Shown here in pieces: positions 17,043 to 26,282 of a DNA stretch of 64,000 bases. Position 1 is the stretch's first letter. Every line of letters starts with the position of its first letter. The notes under the pieces are model-generated. The model did not search any database. It saw only the letters and a program-made list of their open reading frames with translations, and was not told where the DNA came from. Source of the stretch: a virus; IMG/VR virus record IMGVR_UViG_3300045988_077137. One strand, given 5' to 3'. A program made the position numbers and the translations under genes.

Positions 17043-17655
17043 GTTTCAGTGCCTCCTTTAAGTTAGGTTTCAGCGTCGCACGGATATTTTCGATAGTGTC
17101 ACACAGATTCGAAGCAGGTTTCTTTGCGTCATCACGCTTTTCATTCCAGTCGGCTGTTATAACATCCATATAGATGAGATATGCTTCGGGGAATTCGTTC
17201 TTCAGACGCTCCGGAGTGAAACGGGTTGTTTCCATCATACACTTCAGACGCTTCTCCATGAAGTAACGGTCTCGCTCAAGAAGGAGATGTTCCTTGATTT
17301 GCTGAACAATAGGGTTATCCTCAGGAAGTTTCTTTGCGATATCTTCAACCTTTTCGTCAGCAATAGGAAGTTCCTGAGTGAACTTGAGGTGAATGTAAAA
17401 ACCTCTACTTCCCCAATCTTCAGGAAAGAACGTCTTCGGGAGGTTGTAAGATGACAGCGATGGTTCATTACAACGAATGAAGAACTTCTTATGTGCCTTG
17501 AAACACTTCAGTACATCGTCCGGAGTTTTTCCGATAATGTACTTTTCGAACAGTTCATTCAACTTCGCCAGTGACGAGTCCATCTGTTCTTTGTAGTTGA
17601 GGTTTGCCAGCCGTGTGGCAACCGTCATACGGGTGTCTTTGTCAATAATTGCCAT
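17023..17655 (-). CDS. Hypothetical protein
   Basis: 210-aa ORF. Confidence 0.55.
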   Translation of the reverse strand: MAIIDKDTRMTVATRLANLNYKEQMDSSLAKLNELFEKYIIGKTPDDVLKCFKAHKKFFIRCNEPSLSSYNLPKTFFPEDWGSRGFYIHLKFTQELPIADEKVEDIAKKLPEDNPIVQQIKEHLLLERDRYFMEKRLKCMMETTRFTPERLKNEFPEAYLIYMDVITADWNEKRDDAKKPASNLCDTIENIRATLKPNLKEALKHDKEEE

Positions 17656-17660
17656 GTCTA

Positions 17661-18419
17661 TTACTTTTTAGGGTTCATTCGAATAATCTTTTCTTTCGGT
17701 TGAGGAGCCTGTTCTGGCTCGTGAGGTACTTCCCACAGCATAGGCACGTATGTGAACTGCTCCTGTGGTTCAGGGTTCGATTCCGTAAGGAATACAACTT
17801 TGTCGGTTGCTTCGCTCTCTGTAAGGTTCTGTAAGGGATTATCGTCCTTATCCTTTACAACTTCACCATCCGACAGGCGAATGACCTTAAATAGAGGCTC
17901 AGGGAGTTCCATGTTGGTGAACTCTGTAACGTCAAGATAATCACACCCGAAGTTCTCAGCCGTCTTGAGGTCGCTGTCGCTGAACTGTCCTTCCAGACCA
18001 GAGGCATCCCCTATCATTAGACAGTCTTCTTTGGAGATTGTGATACCTGTATTGTGAGTGAATTCAGCCAGCATGTCCTCAAGCATTCCCGGATTGGGTT
18101 TACGTTTCGGATGCTTCTTGTCATTGTAGGGACAGAACTGTCCGGCAACAAGCGTATTCAAACCGATGTACGATTGAAGGCACGCAATGACGTAGATGAA
18201 TTTCGGTTGGAACATAGCGGGATGAACGTGTCCCAGTTCAATTCCACCCTGATTAGATACGATGAGAACAGCCTGTGGATGAAGTTTCTTGAGTTGCGCA
18301 AAAACCTCCATTTTCAGTTCCATGTCCCAGACTCCTTCCGGAAAGGTTTTCCCGGAGACGGTATCAATAAGCGTACCGTCCATGTCGATGAAGATGACTT
18401 TCTTCTTTGTAATGTCCAT
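17661..18419 (-). CDS. HAD-IIIA family phosphatase (PNK 3'-phosphatase / GmhB-like)
   Basis: 252 aa with motifs FIDMDGTLID, VSNQGG, RKPNPGM and IGDASG...D. Confidence 0.7.
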   Translation of the reverse strand: MDITKKKVIFIDMDGTLIDTVSGKTFPEGVWDMELKMEVFAQLKKLHPQAVLIVSNQGGIELGHVHPAMFQPKFIYVIACLQSYIGLNTLVAGQFCPYNDKKHPKRKPNPGMLEDMLAEFTHNTGITISKEDCLMIGDASGLEGQFSDSDLKTAENFGCDYLDVTEFTNMELPEPLFKVIRLSDGEVVKDKDDNPLQNLTESEATDKVVFLTESNPEPQEQFTYVPMLWEVPHEPEQAPQPKEKIIRMNPKK

Positions 18420-18472
18420 AATTTGTTCTTTTAAAATGTTTGATAATTATACGTGGAATCCGAGGAGTTCGA

Positions 18473-18715
18473 TTAGAACTCCACGAATATTAATCTTTCT
18501 TTTCTTCCTGGCTCTGTTACCCACATATGGGTTGAACCGAAGCCGTAAACGAAACAGGAATTGAAGGAGGCAGGGAAACGCTCCTGTATGAGTTTCATGC
18601 ACGCACGGAGTTCGTTTTCGTTTTCACAAGATGTGATAGCGTTTAGGATTTCAGCGAAGATTTCAACTGAACGGCTACTCGTGTTTAATAATACTGATTC
18701 AACTGTTGCTTTCAT
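18473..18715 (-). CDS. Hypothetical protein
   Basis: 80-aa ORF downstream of promoter cassette B. Confidence 0.5.
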   Translation of the reverse strand: MKATVESVLLNTSSRSVEIFAEILNAITSCENENELRACMKLIQERFPASFNSCFVYGFGSTHMWVTEPGRKERLIFVEF

Positions 18716-18730
18716 GACTTTATTGTTTTA

Positions 18731-18815
18731 ATTGATTGACGCAACAAAGGTAGTGGATAAATTCGAATATCCAAAGAAAATCCCCGAATTTCTTCGGGGA
18801 AGTTCTAAGAATTTT
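18731..18815 (-). promoter_or_regulatory. Promoter cassette copy B
   Basis: -7 box TACCTTTG (18745-18752). Palindrome TCCCCGAATTTCTTCGGGGA. Confidence 0.65.
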
Positions 18816-18821
18816 ATTTGG

Positions 18822-19488
18822 CTATGTAAAGTCGAACTCTGCCACGCATACAAACTGACCTTGGTACCGTGGGTCGCCAAGATAAAATCTGACGTATTGA
18901 AGAACGTGATACTCATAAGAAAACTTCTTCGCATTAGACATCCTCAAATAATGAGCCGTAAAGTTTGGAATTCCTGGGTCTTCAGCGTCACTCTGAACAA
19001 TATCAAAATATTGCTTCGTTCCTGCTCCAGGTCTATCCTTGTAAACAGTTTCCATAAAAACACCATTGTTCCACGGCTCTGGCCATACGTTTTCGAAGGA
19101 ATCAGCAAGTAGAAGAGCACCTCTCGTTACCCAATATGTATCAGAACTTTCAGATACCGAAGGGAGTTGAGCGTTCATTTTTACGGAAAGATACCTGATT
19201 CCAGGTTCATAACCATTATCGTTCTGAAGTGAAGTCGTTGAGAACCCTACTGCATTGAACGAAAGCGTCACACTTCCGTTCCAATTGTCAGCAAGTGAAG
19301 TAAGACCCACGACAGGCATAAGCGGTATGCCATCTTGATTAACGGTTATCGCTCGGGATACCCCCCAGCGGAGAAGTTCAGCGTCGTCGAACGAGACTGA
19401 AGTGTTGAATTGGGGTCAGCAACCACGTTCACTTGGGTCGTACCCCCCCCCCAGTATCAGGGGAAACAGTAATGAAATCCTTTTTCAT
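18822..19488 (-). CDS. BACON-like family paralog P2, reading frame broken at a G10 and a G6 run
   Basis: ATG at 19488 opens MKKDFITVSPDT. Adding one G in each run gives GGGGTTQVNVVADPNSTLQSRSTTLNFSAGGVSRAITVNQDGIPL, which joins the listed ORF MPVVGLTSLADNW... (18822-19319). Confidence 0.7.
19361..19366. repeat. C6/G6 homopolymer (second tract of P2)
   Basis: Counted directly. As written the frame reads GGG GGG TAT CCC GAG CGA TAA. Confidence 0.95.
19443..19452. repeat. C10/G10 homopolymer (first tract of P2)
   Basis: Counted directly. As written the frame reads GTA CGA CCC AAG TGA. Confidence 0.95.
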
Positions 19489-19575
19489 TGTCTTGAAATT
19501 TTAATTGTTACTAAATACCTCAACGGCTGCGCAACCGCTGATGTTTATTCACTGTCACGTGACTGATATAATACG

Positions 19576-19878
19576 TTATTTCTTCCGTCGATGAGTTTTT
19601 CGAGCCTTGCTTTTCTTCCTGTCCTTGCGGATTTGCTTCTCGCTCCTGCCATGTCTCGAACCACCCTTTCCAAACCGTACAGGCTCGCACCATTCAATGT
19701 TAGGAATCTCAGGTCGTGAATGAATAGTGTACACCCTTTCTTCAAATTGAGGAATATCAGTAGGTGAGTAATCCTTGTCAAGTTCTACAATCTCAACATT
19801 TGCTTCCTCAGTCATTCTAAGAACTTCTGGAGGAAGTGCCTTTGTTCCGGCTCCGATGATACCTATCTTATTCATCAA
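19576..19878 (-). CDS. Hypothetical protein with a basic C-terminal tail
   Basis: 100-aa ORF. Confidence 0.5.
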   Translation of the reverse strand: MMNKIGIIGAGTKALPPEVLRMTEEANVEIVELDKDYSPTDIPQFEERVYTIHSRPEIPNIEWCEPVRFGKGGSRHGRSEKQIRKDRKKSKARKTHRRKK

Positions 19879-20372
19879 TACCTCTTCTCTTCTCCAATAA
19901 TTAACATGACCCCATTCTTCATTGAATCAACAATAAGATATCCTCCCTTAATTTGGTCAGCACCTTTAAGGTACGACAGCACCAAACCTCTCTCAAGTGC
20001 GAGCGAGCGAACCTTTTCAGATATTTTCAGGGGAATTGTATTATCTTGACTATTGACAATCGTTATGAGAACCGCAACACCTCCATCTCGGTCATAGCCT
20101 GTAATTGAATAAGCTGTGCCATCTTTAAGATGAGCATCTGAACAGTATAAAATCTGTCCAGCGTATTCAGAAGTTCGAGGTTCAAGACCTTCCTTTTGAG
20201 CAAGTTCATTGATTGACACTTGTAAATCCTTTGGATGAATAGCATTCAATCTGTTCTGATACTCGGTGATAGAACTCACCGACAGTTCTATGAGTGTGTC
20301 ATGACTGACACGTGTGCCGCACCCTGTAAGTAGGAGTGCAAACACGGCTGTAATAATCATCAATCTTTTCAT
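19875..20372 (-). CDS. Lipoprotein
   Basis: 165 aa. MKRLMIITAVFALLLTGC is a signal peptide plus lipobox. Confidence 0.6.
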   Translation of the reverse strand: MKRLMIITAVFALLLTGCGTRVSHDTLIELSVSSITEYQNRLNAIHPKDLQVSINELAQKEGLEPRTSEYAGQILYCSDAHLKDGTAYSITGYDRDGGVAVLITIVNSQDNTIPLKISEKVRSLALERGLVLSYLKGADQIKGGYLIVDSMKNGVMLIIGEEKRY

Positions 20373-20746
20373 ATCCGATATATTTCTTCGTTCAACATTT
20401 TTCTATCAAAGGGGTTGGCGTCAATCTTGACATTCTGCCTGTCAAACTGTCGTAGGAAAGCAGAAATCTCCCTGATACTTCTTTGGTCGAGGTCAACGAA
20501 TTTAATGTAGTCCGTCTTCCCACCCTGTAAGGATACGACAGCCCATGAGCCTGAATGGTGATGAACGTCAACGGAAACATCGATGTTCCCCAGGAGTTGT
20601 CTGATACGTTCAGCACGAACCTCAGCCTCTGAGGTCGCACACTTCTGGCGGTGGATTAACCCTTTCAAGTCCCGTTCCAACGCTTCCATTCTTTGAAAGT
20701 CTTCCTTGAATAAGTATAGGAACAGTTTCCTCAATAGTTTCTTCAT
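20369..20746 (-). CDS. Hypothetical protein
   Basis: 125-aa ORF with a 4-nt overlap on both sides. Confidence 0.5.
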   Translation of the reverse strand: MKKLLRKLFLYLFKEDFQRMEALERDLKGLIHRQKCATSEAEVRAERIRQLLGNIDVSVDVHHHSGSWAVVSLQGGKTDYIKFVDLDQRSIREISAFLRQFDRQNVKIDANPFDRKMLNEEIYRI

Positions 20747-21504
20747 GATTCTTTCTTGGTTTTATTGTTTACACCGTACCCAAACAGGGCATAATCACAT
20801 TTACAGGGGTCTAACGGATAGACATTGCGGCAATTCGTAGTAAGTTCAAGCACTGTATTCATGCTATCGCCTTTGCCCGTTATGAGACCCAATTGACGAC
20901 CAACGGTTGCGACGTGAGTGTCAAGCGGAATGAGTAGGGACGACTGGGGAATGAAACTCCAGATACCTAAATCCACAGGACTGTTTCGACGGCACATCCA
21001 TCGTAGGAACATATTCAACCGCTTACAGGCAGACTTCGAATCCTGGGAGATACCTTTCACTCCAGGGAACAGGCTTATCAGCGCATCGAGATAATCTGTG
21101 GCTCCCATCGTACGAGTATAGTTCTTAGACAGAGCCTCTTCCATATCTTCGTTGTTATCATAAATCTCCTTGAGCGCACGACACAGGTCAGCGAAGTCCT
21201 TCTCCTTGAAGAAACGGTACAGAGGTTCCTCCGAGTCAATGTACTTTCGCCAACCCATGTTCTTGATATACATATAGGGAGTCAGACGTTCCATCTCCTT
21301 ACATAGTTTCTCACAGGTAGAAAGAATAGCTTTCCTGTTCCCATACGCTAACCAAGCAGCGATGAAGCCTACTATTTCCTGAGAACACTTGTATCCGAAC
21401 CGTCTGGGGAACTGTACAGGGTCGTCAGTAATGAATTCAGGCTTCTCGTACTGCTCAGCCAGTTTCATGACCTGATGTCTTAATTTGTCGCTGATTGCTA
21501 TCAT
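20743..21504 (-). CDS. TIGR02757/DUF2400-like protein
   Basis: 253 aa. PEFITDDPVQFPRRF and FIAAWLAYGNRK resemble that Bacteroidota-common family. This is from memory only. Confidence 0.4.
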   Translation of the reverse strand: MIAISDKLRHQVMKLAEQYEKPEFITDDPVQFPRRFGYKCSQEIVGFIAAWLAYGNRKAILSTCEKLCKEMERLTPYMYIKNMGWRKYIDSEEPLYRFFKEKDFADLCRALKEIYDNNEDMEEALSKNYTRTMGATDYLDALISLFPGVKGISQDSKSACKRLNMFLRWMCRRNSPVDLGIWSFIPQSSLLIPLDTHVATVGRQLGLITGKGDSMNTVLELTTNCRNVYPLDPCKCDYALFGYGVNNKTKKES

Positions 21505-21950
21505 ACCTTGTTAGTTTCTTCGATTTTACACAGGAACGTGGCGGTCTTGAACTCGTCACCGTCCATAAAGTATTCAGCCATTTCATCAAGAACGTCCTTA
21601 TAGGAAGTTATCTTGAAGTCCGCTGCCTTCTGAGGAGTCATCTTTTCGAAGACCTTTGCCCAATCACGACGGAGAACCCACGTGTCGCTCTTCTCATTCT
21701 GTACTATCACACGAGCCTCTGACTCAGGAATCCTTCTGAATCCTATCAGCCAACCCTCACGAAACGTGTACTGTCGTTTGTCAGTCCCGAATACCACATT
21801 GGCATGAGCACCGTACTTCACCATTTTCTTGGTATCAATAACACCGAACCAACGGTGAATGAAGTCCACGTGAACAAAGGTATCCATCGGACCATTCTTG
21901 TACTTGATTTCAGGAGATACATACTCCAACTGCTTTACATTTCTATCCAT
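21501..21950 (-). CDS. Hypothetical protein
   Basis: 149-aa ORF. Confidence 0.5.
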   Translation of the reverse strand: MDRNVKQLEYVSPEIKYKNGPMDTFVHVDFIHRWFGVIDTKKMVKYGAHANVVFGTDKRQYTFREGWLIGFRRIPESEARVIVQNEKSDTWVLRRDWAKVFEKMTPQKAADFKITSYKDVLDEMAEYFMDGDEFKTATFLCKIEETNKV

Positions 21951-21962
21951 AACTATCTATAT

Positions 21963-22376
21963 TTAATTGGTTTCGTACTCAGCCAAAGCCTTGAGGCACT
22001 CTTCGTGAGCCTCGAGACAGGAAGCGTCCATGATATATTCCATGTTTTCGTACTCCGGACATTCTCGAGTTGCTATACCTGTTACATCAACGTAAAGTGT
22101 CCCGTCTTCATCACATTCGACAATGAACCATCCGTTATTATACATAACATAACCATCCTCGTAGATAGTTTGAATGAGTGTACGTCCGTCTTTCATTGTA
22201 GAGGAAGCCAATTCATAGGGTTCTGTGATTGTACCCTGTTCGGCTTGATTGATACGAGCCATAGCCACGAGGCAAACCTTTGCTAACTGTCGACGGTCTT
22301 TGATGTTATCAACATAGCGGTGAGTCCCTACTGGCTTGCTGAAGTCTAAATTTTTGTAGTATCTTGAACCTTTCAT
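21963..22376 (-). CDS. Hypothetical protein
   Basis: 137-aa ORF downstream of promoter cassette C. Confidence 0.5.
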   Translation of the reverse strand: MKGSRYYKNLDFSKPVGTHRYVDNIKDRRQLAKVCLVAMARINQAEQGTITEPYELASSTMKDGRTLIQTIYEDGYVMYNNGWFIVECDEDGTLYVDVTGIATRECPEYENMEYIMDASCLEAHEECLKALAEYETN

Positions 22377-22390
22377 GACGTAACTTGTTT

Positions 22391-22475
22391 GATTTGACTG
22401 AGCAAATATACGTCCATTTATCGAATATCCAAGGAGTTCATCCGGAAAATCTTCATTATTTCTTCCGATTTTTCC
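22391..22475 (-). promoter_or_regulatory. Promoter cassette copy C
   Basis: -7 box TATATTTG (22403-22410). Confidence 0.6.
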
Positions 22476-22635
22476 TCAATTCGGCTCTGCGTTCTCTCCT
22501 ACGAGCCTTCCCGTCCTGAAATTTTAGGGAAGATGAGCCTGTTATTCTGTACACCTTGGATTGAGTCTTACTGATTACGTGTTCACAGAATCCCGACAGG
22601 GTGACTGTGCTATCCTTATCCATTCTTGCGTTCAT
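22456..22635 (-). CDS. Possible small basic protein (59 aa)
   Basis: ATG at 22635 and TAA at 22456-22458. Below the ORF-track cutoff, and the C-terminus runs into cassette C. Confidence 0.3.
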   Translation of the reverse strand: MNARMDKDSTVTLSGFCEHVISKTQSKVYRITGSSSLKFQDGKARRRERRAELRKNRKK

Positions 22636-22734
22636 ATTAGACGATTTAAGCGATTATAACTATACGGGGAATAAAATGTACCAGCCAACAGGGGTAAATC
22701 TCGTAGAGCGACCGCCAGTGGCTTCTATGAATAA

Positions 22735-22769
22735 GGAAAGAGGCAACCCGTTACAGGCAACCTCTTTCC
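22735..22769 (-). terminator. Hairpin downstream of the HU gene
   Basis: GGAAAGAGG-17 nt-CCTCTTTCC. Confidence 0.45.
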
Positions 22770-22805
22770 AATCATGACTAAAACAAAAATCACATCCTCA
22801 CGGAC

Positions 22806-23099
22806 TTATTTCTTTTTACCTTTCTTCGGTTCAACAACTACTTTCACGGTCTTAGAAGCCTTGAAAGCAAGTGTGTGAGACTCGGGAACGTTCATAGGTT
22901 TCTGAGTCAACGGGTTCGTGCCTGTTTTAGCAGGGTTGACTTTCTGTTTGAACTTTCCGAAAGGTAGGCTGATTTCGTCACCGTCCTCAACACAGGTCTT
23001 GACAATCACCGGATTCAGTGCGTCGATTACTTTCTCGGTGTCTCTCTGGCTCATACCAGCCTCTTTGGCAACTGCTGCCACGAATTCTGACTTTCTCAT
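22806..23099 (-). CDS. hup: HU/IHF-family DNA-binding protein
   Basis: 97 aa. MRKSEFVAAVAKEAGMSQRDTEKVIDAL...FGKFKQKVNPAKTGTNPLTQKPMNVPESHTLAFKASK shows the typical HU fold signature. Confidence 0.9.
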   Translation of the reverse strand: MRKSEFVAAVAKEAGMSQRDTEKVIDALNPVIVKTCVEDGDEISLPFGKFKQKVNPAKTGTNPLTQKPMNVPESHTLAFKASKTVKVVVEPKKGKKK

Positions 23100-23202
23100 T
23101 TCTTTTTAAAATTTAGTGAATTAAAATGTTTCTATTTCAAACGTGTTATAATAACGTCGTTTTTCGGTTGATAGTTTTTATCATTCCCTTTGGATTCCCG
23201 GA

Positions 23203-23736
23203 TTATCGGCAATCCTGATTGAATACAGCGGATAAATTCTTACCGTTTGCGCCCACCATTCCAAGAAAGCGATATGCGAGATTGATTAGGAACGCTCGGT
23301 CTTTGTTGCGCTGATACGCTATCTTCTTACGAATGACAGACATCACCTTTGCGAACTTGATTCCGCTGTCGAGTGTAACATACTCGTGACTGAACTCACT
23401 CACCACCCATACATTGATGATAACGTCTCCCCACTGAAAGAGATACGGCTTATGCTTCCATGTCACTTTGTCCATACGACGTTCAGCGTTGGAAAGATAA
23501 TCCTCCTGCTCCTTCATCTGATACATCGATTGTTTCTGAGAGTCCGACAGTAACTTGAAGATACTCTGTTCCTGTTCGGGTGTACATTTGACTTCCATGT
23601 CGATGTCGTGGGGTTCAGCCGTTTCCATACCCAACTCGTGAAGAGCGAGTGAACCTACGATTAGGAAGTCCATACCGTGTGCGTCAAGCACTGATTTACG
23701 AAAGCCGTCCAAGGCTGTTTTAATTCTTGTTTCCAT
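23203..23736 (-). CDS. Hypothetical protein (possible nucleotidyltransferase fold)
   Basis: 177 aa. FLIVGSLALHELG...PHDIDMEV resembles the GS...DxD motif of minimal nucleotidyltransferases. Confidence 0.35.
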   Translation of the reverse strand: METRIKTALDGFRKSVLDAHGMDFLIVGSLALHELGMETAEPHDIDMEVKCTPEQEQSIFKLLSDSQKQSMYQMKEQEDYLSNAERRMDKVTWKHKPYLFQWGDVIINVWVVSEFSHEYVTLDSGIKFAKVMSVIRKKIAYQRNKDRAFLINLAYRFLGMVGANGKNLSAVFNQDCR

Positions 23737-23785
23737 ACGAAATTATTTGTTGATGTTAAAGATACGTGATTTCTCCGGAGTCAGG

Positions 23786-24352
23786 TTACAGTCCTCGAGA
23801 CTGAATTATCGCTTTAAGACGACCACTATAACCTTTCTTCTCCGCATAAACTCTGTCTAAATAGGCGAAATATTCGTCCTTTGTGAGCCGTCGGGCAAAT
23901 GTACTCTGCCATATAGCATAGTCGGCTATACACTCCCGCCACGAGTTGAAACGGGCATGACCTAACATGGTTCCGACAGCCAAAGTGGGACGGCTTCCGG
24001 GAACTTTCATTCCCAGACAGTTATGTCCCTCTACAAACAGTTTAGAAGTGAAGCCTCCGGACTCCTCAATACATTGCGCCATGACGATGTCCGGATGGTC
24101 AATCCTCAACTTGAAGATATAATCATACACCTCGTCAAAGAGCGTTTCAGGTACAGGCTCCGCAGCCTGTTCTTCAGCGTACTCGCAGCCAAACGCTGGC
24201 TGAGATGGTACGGGTTCTGTCGCATCACACGACCGTATCACAAGAATGATTAGAATTGACAGCAAAAGAACCGCAAGTCCACGCCACATTCTTTTGAGAT
24301 ACTTCTGTTTAGGCAGATTTCCGCCTGGATAGATTGTTTTTGTTTCCAGCAT
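23786..24352 (-). CDS. GH73 N-acetylglucosaminidase-type endolysin with N-terminal membrane anchor
   Basis: 188 aa. AQCIEESGGFTSKLFVEGHNCLGMK is a glucosaminidase (FlgJ/GH73) motif. The N-terminal segment WRGLAVLLLSILIILVI is hydrophobic. Confidence 0.7.
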   Translation of the reverse strand: MLETKTIYPGGNLPKQKYLKRMWRGLAVLLLSILIILVIRSCDATEPVPSQPAFGCEYAEEQAAEPVPETLFDEVYDYIFKLRIDHPDIVMAQCIEESGGFTSKLFVEGHNCLGMKVPGSRPTLAVGTMLGHARFNSWRECIADYAIWQSTFARRLTKDEYFAYLDRVYAEKKGYSGRLKAIIQSRGL

Positions 24353-24368
24353 AACTTCTCATTTTGGT

Positions 24369-24545
24369 TTATAATAATAGAAAAACTCCTATCATGAGAA
24401 GACCTAATAGACAGCCGAGCATGGCAGAACCCAGTAGTATTAGGAAGCCGAAAAGTATCGCCCTCTTTTCACTCCACCTGTAATACGAACGACACGCTCG
24501 ACAGGCTGCTTCATTCACGCACATACATTTCCGACATCTTCTCAT
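24369..24545 (-). CDS. Small Cys-rich membrane protein (58 aa, holin-like guess)
   Basis: ATG at 24545 overlaps the upstream stop (ATGA). Has a C-terminal TM segment ILFGFLILLGSAMLGCLLGLLMIGVFLLL. Lies immediately upstream of the GH73 gene. Confidence 0.45.
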   Translation of the reverse strand: MRRCRKCMCVNEAACRACRSYYRWSEKRAILFGFLILLGSAMLGCLLGLLMIGVFLLL

Positions 24546-25012
24546 GATGGTATTCTTTTTATAGTGTGACCATATTCACCCCAGATTGTCTCGAGAACTT
24601 TCAGAGCGAACTGTTCTTGTAATTTCTTCTCTTTCTCAATATCCGTTGACAGCCTGTACTGCTCACGATGTTGTTCATTCCATCCAAGCGTGTCAGCAAA
24701 GACCTTGAACGCTGGTTCGGTGAAATAGGAACAGACACTCACATGACGACCAAACCTTGTATCGTCAGCCACTATAATCTCCCAACAGTATTTGTCAGAC
24801 ACACGTTGATACTCAGCAGCGTCGCCAAGTGAACCGCTTCCCAATTTCGGGAGGACGTGTATTTGACGAGTATGTCCGGGAGTGAACACTTCCTGAAGTT
24901 TTAACAGGTAGTTTCCCGATGACTTAACAGGCGAGTCAAATTGCTCAATCGCCTTTTGAATGTTTCTCCATGTTCTGTAACACAGACCGTTCATATTCAC
25001 CATCATAATCAA
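24542..25012 (-). CDS. Hypothetical protein
   Basis: 156-aa ORF. Confidence 0.5.
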   Translation of the reverse strand: MIMMVNMNGLCYRTWRNIQKAIEQFDSPVKSSGNYLLKLQEVFTPGHTRQIHVLPKLGSGSLGDAAEYQRVSDKYCWEIIVADDTRFGRHVSVCSYFTEPAFKVFADTLGWNEQHREQYRLSTDIEKEKKLQEQFALKVLETIWGEYGHTIKRIPS

Positions 25013-25024
25013 TTTTCCTTTCTA

Positions 25025-25516
25025 TTAATCGAGTTCGTTTACAACTAAATCCTCAGGGTCGAATAAGGACGGATATTCATCCATACCCTGTTTGACATCA
25101 AACGTGAAGTCCAACTCATACGTCTCATCGATGACACAGAACTGCTGAGCGATTTCACTCCACCTGATGACATTCTTCGGCAACCACGCCACTCCCAATT
25201 CTTTATTCATCACTCGCCAAGCCTTATCCGTACAGTGAGTGACGGCAGCGGTACGCATACGTCCTTCGTGTAGGAAGCGCACAAGACCGCTTCGGAACGT
25301 GTACCTGCGCATATAAGGTCTTTCGGGTGGAAGTTGTGGGGTGATAGGAGCCTCTTTTGGCGTCTCTACGACCGTTTCAGTAGGAAGGTCTGATAAGTGT
25401 CCGCGAAGGGATACATTGCCTCCCTCAAGAAACTCTATTGAGTCGTAGATTACTTGTTTGACAGTGCCGTCACTGAACGTAACGGTCACTGGCTTATTAT
25501 TCCGATTGATTTCCAT
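25025..25516 (-). CDS. Hypothetical protein
   Basis: 163-aa ORF. Confidence 0.5.
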   Translation of the reverse strand: MEINRNNKPVTVTFSDGTVKQVIYDSIEFLEGGNVSLRGHLSDLPTETVVETPKEAPITPQLPPERPYMRRYTFRSGLVRFLHEGRMRTAAVTHCTDKAWRVMNKELGVAWLPKNVIRWSEIAQQFCVIDETYELDFTFDVKQGMDEYPSLFDPEDLVVNELD

Positions 25517-25520
25517 ACTA

Positions 25521-25730
25521 TTAAATCCTCCCTGTTGCTAATCTATATTCAAGTGAATTGTGAGCCCATGAAGAAGGAACTTCTTCCCCAGCTTTTATTA
25601 CGAGAGTACTTGATTCTGAACGACCGAGACCTGTACGTTCAGTTTCAGAAACTGACTTATACAATTCGAAGTGATTACCCGCACCTTTGCGCCACTTATA
25701 ATTCCGATAAACTGTTTTAATTGCTTTCAT
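25521..25730 (-). CDS. Hypothetical protein (start moved to the Met downstream of cassette D)
   Basis: The listed 146-aa ORF runs through a complete promoter cassette. ATG at 25730 (MKAIKTVY...) lies 30 nt below the -7 box, as in other copies. Confidence 0.4.
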   Translation of the reverse strand: MKAIKTVYRNYKWRKGAGNHFELYKSVSETERTGLGRSESSTLVIKAGEEVPSSWAHNSLEYRLATGRI

Positions 25731-25748
25731 AACTGAATGATTTAAATT

Positions 25749-25825
25749 GTTTGACGGAACAAATATAGTGGTATTAATTGACACTCCAAAGAGTTTCCCG
25801 ATATTTTCCTCAAATTTTTCCGAAA
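25749..25825 (-). promoter_or_regulatory. Promoter cassette copy D
   Basis: -7 box TATATTTG (25760-25767). Confidence 0.55.
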
Positions 25826-25979
25826 CAGGCTGCTGGGGTCGGCTTATAATCTCTCTTATCTTTATAGTTTCTACATCTGTAATATCGTATCCTGTCCCGA
25901 CAGTAACCGTTATAGGCACAGGTCTCACAAAGAGCCACTTTGCCCGCACGATTCTTACCATATAGGGAGTCGTCTTCCA

Positions 25980-26180
25980 TTACTTCTTCGCCTGTCTAAG
26001 ATAAATACTTTCTCCCTGCGGGAGTTTTCCATTCTCTCTGATATACTTGTCTCGATACTTCATACAAAGGTCGCTGCGACAAGCAGAGACAGACCCTTCC
26101 CAGCAACACGGGTAACAAGACGGGTTCTTCTGACGCAAGCGTATTTCATACCCATCCTCTTTGGTAATTAGTTTGCCCAT
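25980..26180 (-). CDS. Small Cys-rich protein
   Basis: 66-aa ORF with several Cys pairs. Confidence 0.5.
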   Translation of the reverse strand: MGKLITKEDGYEIRLRQKNPSCYPCCWEGSVSACRSDLCMKYRDKYIRENGKLPQGESIYLRQAKK

Positions 26181-26282
26181 GATATATTGGATTAATTATT
26201 CACGATGTCTATATTCGAAATAACGTAGTGCTCCCAGTATCAGAAGCACTACGAATGTCAGGATTTCCTTCATGACTGAGCC

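Noticed and set aside
17773-17784. GGGTTCGATTCC, a tRNA T-loop-like string
   Set aside because: It lies inside the HAD phosphatase CDS, and the flanking bases cannot form a T-stem (CAGGG versus CCGTA) or a cloverleaf.
25521-25961. Listed 146-aa ORF spanning cassette D
   Set aside because: It reads straight through a complete promoter cassette (25749-25825), so I prefer the shorter gene starting at 25730. The longer ORF cannot be formally excluded, and 25826-25979 remains unexplained.
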